NCBI RefSeq assembly: GCF_018350175.1
Contig: NC_058368.1
Coordinates: 78,990,001 to 79,054,000, forward strand
Direction of reading: 5' to 3'
DNA: 64,000 nucleotides
Origin: Felis catus
Lineage: Eukaryota
In this document: piece after piece, positions 1 through 13,360 of the stretch
Position numbering within the stretch: position 1 is the stretch's first letter
Layout: each line of letters begins with the position of its first letter
Notes under the pieces: model-generated
The model's database searches: none
What the model was told of the DNA's origin: nothing
What the model saw: the letters and a program-made list of their open reading frames with translations, nothing else
Translations under genes and position numbers: made by a program

Positions 1-3000
1 TATATGATGTAATTTTATGACAGATTGAAAATGTATTGCCCCCTTATATAATGTGCTGGCAGATGTGTCTTTCTGTGGGTAGATTTTGATTATTTTCATC
101 CGGATTCTTTTTCCATCCCCTAAACTGCATCCCTGCAGGTAAAATTGTAATCCCAGACACGTAGACCTTGATCATTAGTGTTCGTGTCACTGATTTCTAC
201 AGGCCTTTATGAGAAGCTTTATGAGAGCCATATTACTAAAACATTGCTGATGGAAGTGATGTGAGGGAATGATGATGTTACTGATTTGTGGCCAGTCTAT
301 AAAGCATCTGAGTGTTTTCTTTTTTTTTCCTTCTCCTTGAAGAAGAGCTACCCCTGTCATTGAATAAACTAAAATTGAAATGTATCAGGTAAATGGATGC
401 TGTTACTCAGATCTCTGGGAAGTCAAGATCTTTGTCTCAGGGACACCGCAGGAAACTCCAGGTGCTGGAGTGATGACAGCCAGCCTCCTCGCCCTTAGAC
501 ATATTTACGTAACATGTATGCAGGGGAAATCTTAGCCTGTTTGATTTTCCCATTCCACCTGTACCAGGAACACCTTCTGTAGCTTGTCAGCTGGCCTTCA
601 CCCCAGAGATTTGTGGGAGACACAATGTGCCCCAGAAGGCTCGGAAAGTGAACCTTTAAATCAAAAGAAAAAGGAGGTGAACTAATCAATAGGGAGCCAT
701 CCATTCATCTCCCTTTCTTTTCTCCAGGCAGAATCCCCAGACATAACAATGAAATCTGTCTGGTCCAAGCCAAACTGGTGCTGTTGAAGGATATTTGACA
801 AAGATATCTTGAGCGACACAGGATGAACGTAATTTACATCTGTGTTTGTTCACCTCTGGGTCAGCCTTGTGGAAAAATAAAAATTAACTCCACAAGACTC
901 CTGGTGCTCTGTTGCTCGTATCAGTTTTGCCTTCGGCATAAATTTTTGTAGGAGACATGATAAACGTTTCCTGATCCAGGGTTTTGTCTGGAAGAGAAAA
1001 TGCAGGATCTCATTTAGGGAATCTTGCTGTTTCTTCAAAGATTTAATAGGTTTTGCTGTCTTCCTGGACTGACAGAAAGTTATAAATAAGTAACTTTAGG
1101 TTTCCTAGACTATTGATGTCTACTCATTAGTTGATTGGTTTTTTTTTTCCCTTGGAAGAAACCATTGAGGCTTATTTGTAAGTTTCAGGTATAGAAATTT
1201 CAAGACAATGTCTATATTCAGATTCCAGATAAGGACCCTTAACAATTCTACTATGTGCTCCTAACTTTCTTTATTAGTATTTATGACTTAAAGTCAATCA
1301 GAATGTAAGCAAGCATTACTGTTAGAGAGAATCACTTAATGGAAAAGTAAAAAACAGAAGCCTCTGCCTATAAATATTGATGGCCATAGAGAGATCAATT
1401 TACCGCTACACGTGAAATCGAGACTCTTTTCAGCAAACCTCAGATAGAAAGCTGAAACCACACATGAGAAATTATCAGACCCATTTGTATCTGCCTGAAG
1501 ATGATCTTTACTTTCTTTTCCTAAAACCCAATCTTTACGTCCTTTCTGATGTGACGTACTGGATTCAAGAGTATATTCCAAAGTTGCGCATTTTTGTCAC
1601 TTGGTAATCCCAACCACGTCTTCTCTGGAAATTATATTTTGCATCATGTAAATAACATGGTAGAGAAAGGGATTGTAAATTTGAGAAGTGGATTTGCTTG
1701 CATTCCGCAAATACCAGTGTTTCCCAGGAGAGTGTTTTCTGTCGCCTTCTAGGACTTTATACACCCTCATGATTCAGTGTCGTGCATGAGGTGACTCCCG
1801 AAACTCCCGTCTGTTTGTCTGCGGGCTTCACGCCTGCGTATGTGCGAGTTAGGACCTCTCCTTGGCTGGCGTCTTCAGTCGAGCCGATCCAGAAGTGACT
1901 GCACGAGATTCCCTAGCTACCTCCCACACCCCCCTCCCTCTCAACCCACTTCAAAAACATAACACAGTAAAACTGATTTTCCATATTTGCCTCACTTGTC
2001 AACTCATGGTAAAATCAGAAGCCCATTTAATTGCCAAATACAGAGCCCCCCGCCCCTGTCTCCGCTGCTCACTCTAGAATCCAAATGTGGATCCAAATCC
2101 CTTCTTGCTCCAGTACCCTGGTTCACGGCCACGTACGTACCCGCTGCCCCCGTCCCCTGCCACCGACTGACGGAAGATGCTCTAGTTTACCAATAAAGCA
2201 CTGAATGAGGAGTTTTCCTTAAAAGTGGGTTCACGGCTGCTATTTCGTTCTCTCTCTGTTCCTCTGGTGGCACTCTTCAGAGTTAAATGTGGTTCCTCTT
2301 CTTCCGCGTGTTAATAACAGACAGGCTCCTGGCAGTGACGGCTGCTTGTCCTCCTCAGCTTTCCCTAAACCGGTGTTGGAAGCCTTTTCACCACTGAGCT
2401 GATGTCTCCCTGCTGGAAGAAGAAAGTCGGCTTTTCCTTTAAAAAACCAGATCTTCCCGATCATTCTACCACTCTTGCTCTTCCTGTACCTCGTAGTTGA
2501 GCACACGCAACTCGGGATGTGATCGGATTCCATGTGATGTCTGGCTCAGGCCACATTTGAAAATACGTTCAGCAGAAACGGTCTTTTCCTTGGAAGCAGA
2601 TAAAAACCCAGGCAGCTCCAGGGAGGTTTCTGGTCTCTGTCCAGTAACGGGACGCCCTTCACTGGCTTTCACTGGCACCCACAGACCAGGTTCAATAACG
2701 CAGAACTGGTAGTCCTTTTTAGTTATCGTAATTAGAAGGGTTAGGCCCCTCCAGCCTCGGCCACAGAGGACGGTTTGTGCAGTGGCCGCCACGGGAGTCC
2801 TGTCTTGTCTCCTTCCTTGTGCTGCGTGGTCTCCTACCGTCACCACACCTTTCAGGGTTCGGGGCTGGCCCTGCCCCCGTGCTTTCACGTGTCTCTGAGA
2901 CGCTCGGCCGCTGGGGACCTCTGACACCCTCCCCGGGCACTAGGTGCTGCTGAGCCCTTGGGCTGCCTGCCCCCACCTGGCCCTGCTCTCTGGTGTTCAT

Positions 3001-3128
3001 TCACACAGGCTGTCTGCCCTGGGCTCCATGATTTCCAGCCCCAGCTCGCTTCCCCTTGGCCAGGATGTCACGTGACTTGGGCTTATGGACCACATGTCCT
3101 TTGTAGATCATCAGAAATATAATATGTT

Positions 3129-3261
3129 TGGGGTGCCTGGGTGGCTCAGTTGGTTAAGCGTCCGACTTTGGCTCAGGTCATGATCCCGCACTTTGTGGGT
3201 TTGAGCCCCGCATTGGGCTCCGTGCTGACAGCTCGGAGCCTGGAGCCTGCTTCAAATTCTG

Positions 3262-3303
<42 letters not shown>

Positions 3304-3372
3304 CCCCTCCCCTGCTTGCACTCTGTCTGTCTCCACAAAATAAATAAATATTAAAAAATTAAAAAAATATAT
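3129..3372 (+). mobile_element. CAN-SINE (SINEC_Fc2-like)
   Basis: ggggtgcctgggtggctcag head, (CT)n tract and A-rich tail; TSD atataatatgtt. Confidence 0.92.
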
Positions 3373-3656
3373 ATATAATATGTTCTGTGCTCTCCACGTT
3401 CGAGAGCAGACAAGAACTCCTGTCCCCGAAGCAGGGGCTGTTCCTTCGCCCCCATCACCTGCCCGTTTCTGTTTTTGTGCTTCTCCCCTGAAGCTTAGCG
3501 GGCAGGGGGAGAAACTGTAAAAGCATTTATGGCCATATTTGCATGGTGCTAATGCAATTACTACTGTGTATGAGAGCCAGAGATCTCAAACTAGGTAGGA
3601 GAGCCAGAGATCAATACATCCATAGAGGTAGACCTAGATATATAAGTCAGTTACAC

Positions 3657-3695
3657 TAGATAGATGATGATAGATAGATACATAGATAGATAGAC
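3657..3695. repeat. Imperfect (GATA)n microsatellite
   Basis: tagatagatgatgatagatagatacatagatagatagac. Confidence 0.75.
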
Positions 3696-3887
3696 AAAGT
3701 AAATGCACACATACACATAAACGAAGACCAGTGCCGCCAGAAACTCACAAAAGCTGTCCATGCTCTAATCTGGGTATCCTGAAATGCCTGAATTGTCACT
3801 GAAGGTGGCTCCCTTACAGAAACTTTAGCTTCTAACACTTCAACTTTGTGGGAATGCAGATTTCCATATTAGAAATACATTGTTTCA

Positions 3888-4112
3888 GGACGCCTGGGTG
3901 GCGCAGTCGGTTAAGCGTCCGACTTCAGCCAGGTCACGATCTCGCGGTCCGTGAGTTCGAGCCCCACGTCAGGCTCTGGGCTGATGGCTCAGAGCCTGGA
4001 GCCTGTTTCCGATTCTGTGTGTCCCTCTCTCTCTGCCCCCCCCCCGTTCATGCTCTGTCTCTGTCTGTCCCAAAAATAAATAAAAGTTGAAAAAAAAATT
4101 AAAAAAAAAAAA
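3888..4112 (+). mobile_element. Young felid SINE (SINEC_Fc1-like)
   Basis: Diagnostic gcgcagtcggttaagcgtccgacttcagccaggtcacg, long A tail; TSD agaaatacattgtttca. Confidence 0.93.
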
Positions 4113-4129
4113 AGAAATACATTGTTTCA

Positions 4130-4352
4130 GGACGCCTGGGTGGCTCAGTCAGTTGAGCGTCCGACTTCAGCTCAGGTCAGGATCTCGCGGTTCGTGAGGT
4201 CAAGCCCCGCGTCGGGCTCTGTGCTGACAGCTCGGAGCCTGGAGCCTGCTTCGGATTCCGTGTCTCTCTCTCTCTGCCCTTTCCCCACTTGTGTTTTGTC
4301 CCTGTCTCTCTCTCTCTCTCTCAAAAATAAATAAACATTAAAAAATTTAAAA
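4130..4352 (+). mobile_element. CAN-SINE (Fc2-like), tandem with the preceding SINE
   Basis: SINE head, body, (CT)n tract and A tail. Confidence 0.92.
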
Positions 4353-7300
4353 AGGAATACTTTATTTATATGATAATCTAATTAACAGTTTGGTCTGTCC
4401 TTAGCTCACTGCCTTCCTAAGGAGAATGTGCTTGCTGTTGAAAACTGCCCCATTCTAATGCGGTGTGTTTTGTGCAGGCTGTGGACGATGTCTTAGCTAG
4501 ATAAGAGTGACGGTGGAGGGAAATGAACACACCAGCAGTCTCAGTAGCGAACCTCTGAGCGAGGCCTTGAAAGGTCCCCCGAGAATTTTCCACGGTGGCC
4601 TGGTGCCTAGATGCTTGTCTGCTCACCCCTGATCCCGCCTGCAGTAAAGCCTGGGAGTTGTCACAGTTACCTGTCCAGCCTACAGTGCGATGTCTGCTTG
4701 TGTTCATTCCTCCTCCTCTCACCCGTGAGGCTGCACGTCCCTGTCCGGGTGCTGAGGTCCACTGTGCTCACTCCACAGGGTTCACATAAGGGTACACATG
4801 AGATGCCCTGGCACACACGGTCCTTCGGGAATGACTAGTTCTTAGCGCTTTGTTCCACTGCCTTCTCTCAGCCCTGCCAGGCCCTGCATCATTCTCTTTG
4901 CTTTTCTTTTCACCTTCGAGAGTTTCGTTCTCTTTCTTCAGGTGCTTTGCACAGTGATGAACATGGTTATCTATCCCTGTCGTTTCCTGAGCTTCAGAAC
5001 AGGTGGGCGCATCTGAGCCATTAGCACCAAAACAGGAATAGCCAGAGTGAGCACCTGGGAACAGGGGGGCTGGGGGCGGGGAGTCAGTCGGGGTGCAGTC
5101 TGGAGGGGAAACTGGAGTACTCTCCTCAAGGAGCAGAGTACGGAGAATAGCTTCCATAGGCAACATGGAGACAGACAAGTGACATCGAGGTGACCAGAGA
5201 CTTGTCCCAGGGGATGCGACCACTGCCTCCGAGACCAGAAAAGGAAGGGAAGAAGAGATACCCCGGATGCTGTCGCTGAGGGCAGCGTGCCCCAGGAGAA
5301 CTGGGGCCTGGGAGAGAGGGCTCTGGGGTTAAGAACGGAATGACTGTGCTGGGACGGAACAGTCTCTCTGAGGGTTCTCCCCTCTTTTCTCCAGCCTGTG
5401 GCTCCTGCTGCAGCCTGGCTACAGGCCTGGGTCTGACCATCGCTGGGCAGACGAGGGCAGTTCCCCGGCCAGCAGACTGTGCAAGTAAATAGGACAGGGC
5501 ATCCCCAATCACATCACAATGTGTGGCCAGTCCTTTTTTTTCTTAAAGAGCGTGCATAGACAAGAATCGATTTGCTAGATGACAGACAGATTAATATTGG
5601 CTTTCTCTGAGAAAAGGGATTTTTTACTTTATTTTCACTTCGTTATTTTTATCATTTTCCCAATTTTATAAACACACGTGTTGCATTTTATAAGGTGTTT
5701 GTAAAATATAAAAGATTATAAAAAGACTTGCCCCTAGCTGTTTTCCTTGATTTGTTTTTCCAAATGTAGTCTTTGAACCCCGACAATGTCCTCAATCTGA
5801 TGGGGACTGCATGTAGTCACCTTGGCTCTTAGCCACATCGGAGGCAATCTGAAAGCGTAAGTAGGTGCTATCTACTTGTGCCCATTTACTCTGTTCATGC
5901 ATAGCCCGTTCCCATTCCCTTAAAATAATTTTCTGTATCGTGGGCTATGCTGGCAAAATCACCAAACTTCAGTGTGAACTGGCCCCAGTGAACATTAAAT
6001 TGAATAAAGAAGGAACTGATTTTCAGAGAAGCTGCCGTGCCCGCAGCGAAGGATCCGTGCGTCCCATAAGTGTGTTTTAGGTCGGCGGGTAGAACCTAGA
6101 GTGAGAAGTCTTCTTTAGGACCCTGGGTCCGTCCCCCCCCTTCTGCTGTAGCACGCTCTTTTTATTCTCATGTCCCCAAACTGCCAGCACAGGCCGTGGC
6201 TTCCGTCGGGTACCACGACAATCAGTTGAAAAGCACCGAGTTCTCTCACTACTGTCTCAGATAAAAATAATTGAAACTCCTGTCTCTGGAGCTCACAGCT
6301 GTTTACAAAATGCTAACTATCCTAAGTGGGGGGCGGGGGGGAGGGGAAAGGTTGGCATCGCATATAATTATAGTGTAAGTCTCATTTTCAACTGATCGGC
6401 AATTTTAAAATATGCCAATATCTACTGGAATCACTGTTCTATATCTAAAATGCCCAGGAAACACTTCTCTGCAAACCCCATCTCTGGGCCCCCTTGCTCG
6501 TTGCCGGCATCGCATGGAGATTCCCAGAGCAGCCTAGGCCACCGATCCCCGGAGCCGTGATTCTCCTACTAGAAGGTGCACCAGAAATCAACTGGGAGCG
6601 AGTGAGAAATGCAGCTTCCTTGGTTCCACTCCCACAAGTGATGAGTAAAGAGGCCCGGGAGGGAGTCTAAAGTATGTGGTGTGTATTTAGCCCCAGAGAG
6701 TGTCCTCCTGTGGGCAATCTGCGAAGCATGTTTGCAGAGACACTGGGGGTATTAGTGCATGGTAGGTGCTCGGGACCCCTCCCACCTTTGGCTTCGGGTT
6801 CCTTGGCGATTTCACCAAGCAATGAGCCTGGCAGCCTTCAGTCGGGAAGAGAGTGCATGTGGTTGGCGTTTCCTAAGTCTTCTTTGTGGACCCAGGAAAC
6901 GAGGTAGCTGGATGAGGCGTGATTCGTAGCCATGGTGAAAGCTTTATTCTTTTACATATATAGCTAACGTAATTTGTCTCTTAATTGTGTGTAGTGTAGT
7001 GCCGGAGTGTTACAGCAAGTACTTTCCAGAGAGCGGCGCACGGCCCCTGCTCCCTGGTTCCCACCGCACCCCCTCCTTCAGCCCCCCACACAGAAGCATT
7101 TGCAGGAGCCTTGCTCACTGCTGAAACAGAAGCAAAATGCTAGGTCTTCCGGAGTCGTTTCATTGAGCGGACTCCTTCCAAAGGAGATCTTTAAAGACGT
7201 GACAGCTTCCTTAAAGATTTGTATTGGGCCGTATGCATATAAATGTCTCTATTACATGCATGAGGGACGCCGCCACTTAAAGCATGAATCCTATCTCCCA

Positions 7301-8487
7301 ATCCTTAAGAGGAAAAAAAAAATAAAGTCGGAGGTCCAGTTATGTAAAGACAGAGGGGAAAAAGGAAAAAAAAATGTATTTGAAAGGGTAGGCTGGCCTC
7401 TATCTTTTGCTACTTTGATGTTTTTTCTCTTTTCATCCCCGAATAATAAACCAGCAAGGAAAGGCAAGGCACGGCTGAGAGACAGCCACCCATCCTGAGT
7501 GACCTAGAAAGGCCTCTGCCTCCCACCTGCTTTCTGCGGCCCCCGCAGCACCTGTCCATCAGTCCCTCCGCCTCGGGGACACAGCTGAGAGGGCAGACCT
7601 TGATCTGTCCTTGTGACATCACAATCTCACAAAGCCATGTGTGATTTCCAGGACAGATTGAGTCTCTCTTTGGTCGTCTCCCTCTCATAGACACTTCTCT
7701 GTCCATTTAAGCAGGCTTGGAGACTCGCCTCCCTTTGGATTCTGGGAGCCAGGGGTGTTTGTCCCACTAAGATCTTCCGGTTTCTGTGGTTTCCCTTCTA
7801 TGCACTTGTTGCCCCTCTGCCTCCTAGAGGCCCAGATGCCCAGCTGTACATGGCTGACGTGCTCTGCACACTCTTGCTTTGTTTGGAAGCAATTCCTTTG
7901 TGAAGTGATACGTGGATTCTGGCTGACGAAATTACAGCTATGGGATGGACAGCCCACGGAGCAGATAACATCCAGGACTCATGAGTTTTTCTCAGGTCTA
8001 TATGGTAAAAAGTTCTGGAACGGGTCTGAGAAGAAGGTACAGGTGATCGTTAGAAGCAGGTATGGGGGGCGTTGATTAGAAAACCATAGATATGGTGCAA
8101 AGCTAAGTGCAAACAACCTCTTTCACTTGTCTTCAAAATCACCTTGAGAGAGGCAGACAGAGATGGAGAAGGACGCGGAGAGAGGTTGACATTACCGTCC
8201 GTGTTCTATAGACGAGAAGTCATGAAGGCCCCGCGTCTTGACCTGCTTACCCTCCAGGCGTCGTGACTTGTGGAAGCTGGAACTCAGCAGGCATGCTGTC
8301 CTGGAAGACTGCGTCTTTCTCCCCTGCAGCATGCCAGGCGTCGGGCCTGAGCACCAGACTGGCCGTTGGCAGCTGGAGGAGCTGGAGAGTTTGCTAAAGG
8401 GAAAGGCGGGATGGGTGCCAAGGGAGGGATTTGGCAGCAGTGTGGCTGAAAGGAGGACAGTGCAAAGAAAATGTGTCACATGTGGGA

Positions 8488-9125
8488 GGATCTTGCTGGA
8501 TGAGGGGGACATCTTTCTGTAGATGGTGAAGATTGATCGGGGATCTCCTTGGGCAAAGTGCACGTCTTCCTGTAGACGGTGAGGATTGATCGGGGATCTC
8601 GTTGGATGAGGTGAACGTCTTCCTGTAGACGGTGAGGATTGATTGGAGATCTCATCAGGTGAGATGGATGTCTTCCTGCAGATGGTGAATACCAATTGGT
8701 GATCTTGTTGGGCAAGGTGGACATCTTCCTGTAGACGGTGAAGATTGATCGAGGATCTCCTTGGGCAAAGTGCACGTCTTCCTGCAAGATGGTGAGGATT
8801 GATAGGGGATCTCATCGGGTGAGGTGGACGTCTTCCTGTAGACGGTGAGGATTGATCAGAGATATTGTTGGATGATGTGGACGTCTTCCTGTAGACGGTG
8901 AGGATTGATCTGGGATCTCGTTGGATGAGGTGAACGTCTTCCTGTAGACGGTGAGGATTGATTGGAGATCTCATCGGGTGAGATGGATGTCTTCCTGCAG
9001 ATGGTGAATACCAACTGGTGATCTTGTTGGGCGAGGTGGACATCTTCCTGTAGACAGTGAGGATTGATCAGAGATACTGTTGGATGACATGGATGTCTTC
9101 CTGCACATGGTGAGGATTGATTAGG
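8488..9125. repeat. Minisatellite, about 12 x 53 bp
   Basis: The anchor tcttcc recurs at 8512 (tctttc), 8565, 8618, 8671, 8724, 8777, 8831, 8884, 8937, 8990, 9043 and 9096. Spacing is 53 throughout except one 54. Confidence 0.97.
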
Positions 9126-9889
9126 ATCCGATCTGAGTGATCACTGTTCTTATATTCCATTTGTTCTCAAAATTAACTTCACATTCTCATGTCCATTTAG
9201 GACAAAAGTAAAGTAAATGTGTGTTGTTTTAGTCTCGATTATATAGTTTTCATTTTGACCACCTTGTTTTCTTTGATTTTTTTTTAAAGCAAAAACAAAC
9301 ACAACCATTTAGTTACATTTGTTAAAATACAGTTTCCTTGTAGGGCATGCAATTCTGAGGTGGCTAGGCATAGGTCAGATGTTAGTATTGTGCTAAGTTT
9401 CTGAATTTGTGTTATCCCCCCACCTCCCTACCGGAGGGGGATGTCAGAGGAGGCCTTGTCGGGGGCCGGGACTTTCGCCACCACCCAGAGCTAACCTGGC
9501 CACAGCTCCCCTCTCCCAAACCCCCTCGGTGGAGCCCACGTAGGAAGCAGTGAAGGGGCATGCCAGCCCCTCCCACCTGCTCACCCTGAAGCCAGGGAGG
9601 GAGGACGAGGGGCACAGGAGACCAGAGCACCTCTCTGCCCAGCAGTGACGAGAGCGCCCTCCTCTTCTTTGTCAGAGGTGGTTGAATGGGGAGCCTGACT
9701 TCTCCCACGTGGCAGCAACAAGGCTGTTGAGTGGCATGAGAGGAAGCAAGCTGAAACAGAAGTTTAAGCTAGAGACTTTGACGCCCTGCTCTGGACACGT
9801 GCCCGGACATCTACGTAGGATCTCCGCAAGGACAGAGAAGAGCTCAGCAGCACAGTCAGCCGACAGGCTCTACTCGTTTACAGAACATT

Positions 9890-12320
9890 GACGACGATGA
9901 GAGCAACATATGCCTGCTCTTTAAGTTCCAACAGAACACGTATCAAGAAAGACCACACGCAGGGTCGTAAATAAAAAATAAAGAAGTTCAGAAAGAATGG
10001 AATTATATAGAGTGGGCTTACCTCCCGCTATGGAACCAAACTAAAAAACCAATACCAGAAAGATGCCACTAGAATTTCCAAATACTTGGAAGCCAAACAG
10101 TGCCCTTCTGTATAATCCATGGATCAAAAAGGAGGTCTCCAGGTAATGGAAACAAATGTGCTGAACTGAATGAAAATGAAAATATGGACTACGTACCGAC
10201 TGTGTGAGACACGGCAGGAACATTGCCGAGAAGAAAATTTATATCACTAAATGCACATGTGAGAGAAGAGGAAAGTCTTAGTGATCTAAGCTCCTACCTC
10301 AAGAACCTGGAGAAGTGAGAGCAAAGTAAACCCAAAGCAAGCAAAGAGAAGGCAGTAACAAGACCAGGGATCGATGAAATTGAAACAAGTTAAAGGAAAT
10401 CAATGAAACAAAGAGCTGGTTGTTTGAAGATAACCAAAATAATGGCAAGCCTGTAGAAAGAATGACAAAGAAAAAGGAGAAAAGACACAAGGTGCAATGT
10501 ATCAGAAATGTCACCACACACCCTGCAGACATCAGAAAGATCAGAAGGGATAGACACCCAACTGTCACAAACGACTTAGATGAAATGGACCAATTTCTCA
10601 AAAAAACACAAACCACCTCAGTTGACCCAATGCAAGAGATCACTGAATGTCCCCATAAGCATCAAGGAAATGAATTTGTAATTTAAATCTTCCCCAAAGG
10701 AAAGTTCGAATCCCTGGTGGTTTCACAGGAGAATTCTACCAAACGTTTAAAGGAAAATTAACAGTAACTACATAGTCTTATCTAGAAAATAGAAGAGAGA
10801 GCACTTCTAAGTTCATCTTATGAAGCTAGTAGTGCCCAGTACTAAACCCCGACAAAGACAGTACACACAACCACACTCACACCCACACAGACACAGGAAA
10901 CTGAAGACCAGTATCCCTCATGAACACATATGCAAAAAGACTATTATTATTAACAACTGCAATGTAACAACGTATGAAAAGAATGATCCACTGTGAATAA
11001 TTTGTTTCTTTTTCTGGAGATGCAAAGCTGGTCTGATATTTGAAATCGGTCAAGATAACCCACCATCTTAATAGGCTAAACAAGAGAAGAGTCACATGAT
11101 CATATCAATTTGATGCAGAAAAAGCATTTGGCAATTCAGCATTCATTCATGATAAAAACACTCAGAAAATAGGGATAGAGGACACACAACCTCAATTTGA
11201 TAAAGAGCATCTACGAATGTCCTACAGTTAACATAGTATTTGATGGTGAAAAGCTGAGTGTTTTGCTCACAAGATCAGAAAGAAGAGAGGGACGCCCGTT
11301 CTCACCACTGTTATTAAACACAATGCTGGAAGTCCTAGCAAGTGCAGTAAGGCAAGTAATGAAAGAAAAGGCAGATATATTGGAAAGGAAGAAATAACTC
11401 TGTCCCTCTTTATAGATGATGTGATTGTCTGTGTTTGAAATCCCAAGGAATCTACTATAAAAGGAAAAAAGCCTCATAGAACCGATAAGTGAGTTCAGCA
11501 AGGTCACAGGATACAACATAAACACAAAATAATCAATTGTACTTTTATATTCTAATAAAGAGCACTGAAATTAAAAATACAATAACAGTTACAATCGCCC
11601 ATTAAAAAATGTGAAGAGGTATAAATCTAACAAAGCATGCAGACGATACGTTTGCTGAAACCCCCAAAACACTGATGAAAGAACCCAGAGAGCTGCATAG
11701 AAGGAGGTGCATCATGTTCACTGCTTAGAAGACAGCATGGGCAGTAGTCTTACATAGTAACATACATAGTATGTAAGTTACATAGTAGTCAACATAGTAA
11801 CCCTTCTCTCCAAATCGCAACCCAGGCTTAATGCAATGCCGATCAAAATCATAGCAAAAAATTTCAAGGCATAGAGATAGAGATAGGCAGTGTTATTCTG
11901 AAGTTTATATGGAATGGTGACTAAATTAGAATAGGTTACACAATTTTTATAAAGAATAACTGGGGAGGAATTCATCCATTTAATTTAGTGTCTTATTATA
12001 AAACTTCAGTAATCAAGACAGTGGTGGGGGGATTGACACGCAGATCAATGGAACAGAGTAAAGGGCCCAGAAGCAGACTCCTACCAATATGTTCAACAGA
12101 TTTGGGGGAGGTAAGTGTGCCATAAATGGGCAGCACGCGGGATCTGTGCACTGAGGTAAATGTCCTGCATTAATGTCATTGCATTAATGCCACTACCCTG
12201 GTTGTGATAGTTCTGCAAGATGTCACCATTGGAGGAAACTGGGTGAGAGGTCTACAGGATCTGTCTGTTTCTTACAACCACATGGGGATCTGCAAGTATC
12301 TCAAAATTAAAAGCTTAAGT
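9890..12320 (+). mobile_element. Old degraded LINE-1 (L1M-type): ORF2 remnant plus 3' UTR
   Basis: A-rich sense strand with L1 ORF2 remnants (DEMDQFL; IKSIYECPTVNIVFDGEKLS...PFSPLLLNTMLEVLASAVRQ) and an L1MC-like 3' end at 12220-12320. Confidence 0.88.
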
Positions 12321-13360
12321 CAGAAATATTTTAAGCTATTGGTAGCAGGTTATATATGGACGTAATAAATGGGCACGAGTGGGTATCATTTATTTAGATT
12401 TTCAGATTGCCTTTGACAAAGCCAATACTAAATGTCACTGACGTAAAGAAATTGTCATGGTTAAGAGACCAAATTTGGAATCTGGTTGTATTTTATTGTT
12501 GAGATTAAAAAAAAAAATTAAACCCTCACCTATGTGTTTGTTGGGTGTGTATACTTCTTGGATCCATCCACTGAAAACTAGAAACATTGAGTACCCCCCC
12601 AATAATGTGCTGCTAATCACCTCCAGGGTTCAGGAGGGAGTCTCATTTGATTTTCTCCTCAAGTACGCAAGGGCTTCTTGAGGAAGTATTTCATTCCAGA
12701 TTTGGGACCCAGAAAAAAATATTGTTTGGAACGATGCGTTAACACTCCAGTAATGCCAATTTTATGTTACGTGTTCTCAGTCATTTGCATTATTATATTG
12801 TGATGATAAAGGAATATGCTGTTGTGGGAAGTGTCTAATACTTGTGTTGAGCTGTACACGGAAACCCTGTCCATATGGTGGTCAACCAACCCTAGTCAGG
12901 CGCTCTCAGACTTGGAGTGCCCTTCAGAGTATTATTTCATACACGAAGAAAGACCCTGAGAGTCACAAAATAGTTAACACAAAGTAATTCAAGATTTGCT
13001 AATGTTACACAAAGTATGAAGTTGTGCTAAACCCCATGCTTCCTACGAGCATCAGACTGCCCTCGATGAGCATTTTTTTGTACTTGGATGTGTGTACTAG
13101 ATGTTGTTTTCCAGGGAACTTGACCAGCTGGAGTCTCCCAACTGAGAAGTTTTGAACTTTAGTTTTAACAGGGGGCCTTTAGCTTTTTCTCCATGTATCC
13201 ATGTCCCAGGGCCATTTGTGAAAACTTTCCAGAGCACATGATCTTGTGAAAATGAAAGACTCAACAGCACAATCTTGAATGAAATGAACAGCACAGTTGG
13301 TCATAATATAACACGACCTTTTTGTTCATTTCACCAAATATTTACTAAATGTGCCCCATG

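Noticed and set aside
3129..3210. tRNA-like A/B-box sequence at SINE heads
   Set aside because: These are tRNA-derived SINE heads followed by SINE body and tail, not tRNA genes.
7007..7498. 163-aa + strand ORF (also 2466-2927, 27241-27723 and 52575-53090)
   Set aside because: No recognisable domain or convincing exon boundaries. They run through homopolymers or old repeat remnants, as expected by chance in GC-richer intron.
8488..9125. CRISPR-like constant-plus-variable periodicity
   Set aside because: The 'spacers' are homologous to each other and recur, there are no cas genes, and the context is a mammalian intron. It is a minisatellite.
9890..12320. Reverse-transcriptase-like peptides
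   Set aside because: Fragmented, frameshifted old L1 ORF2 with no intact ORF.
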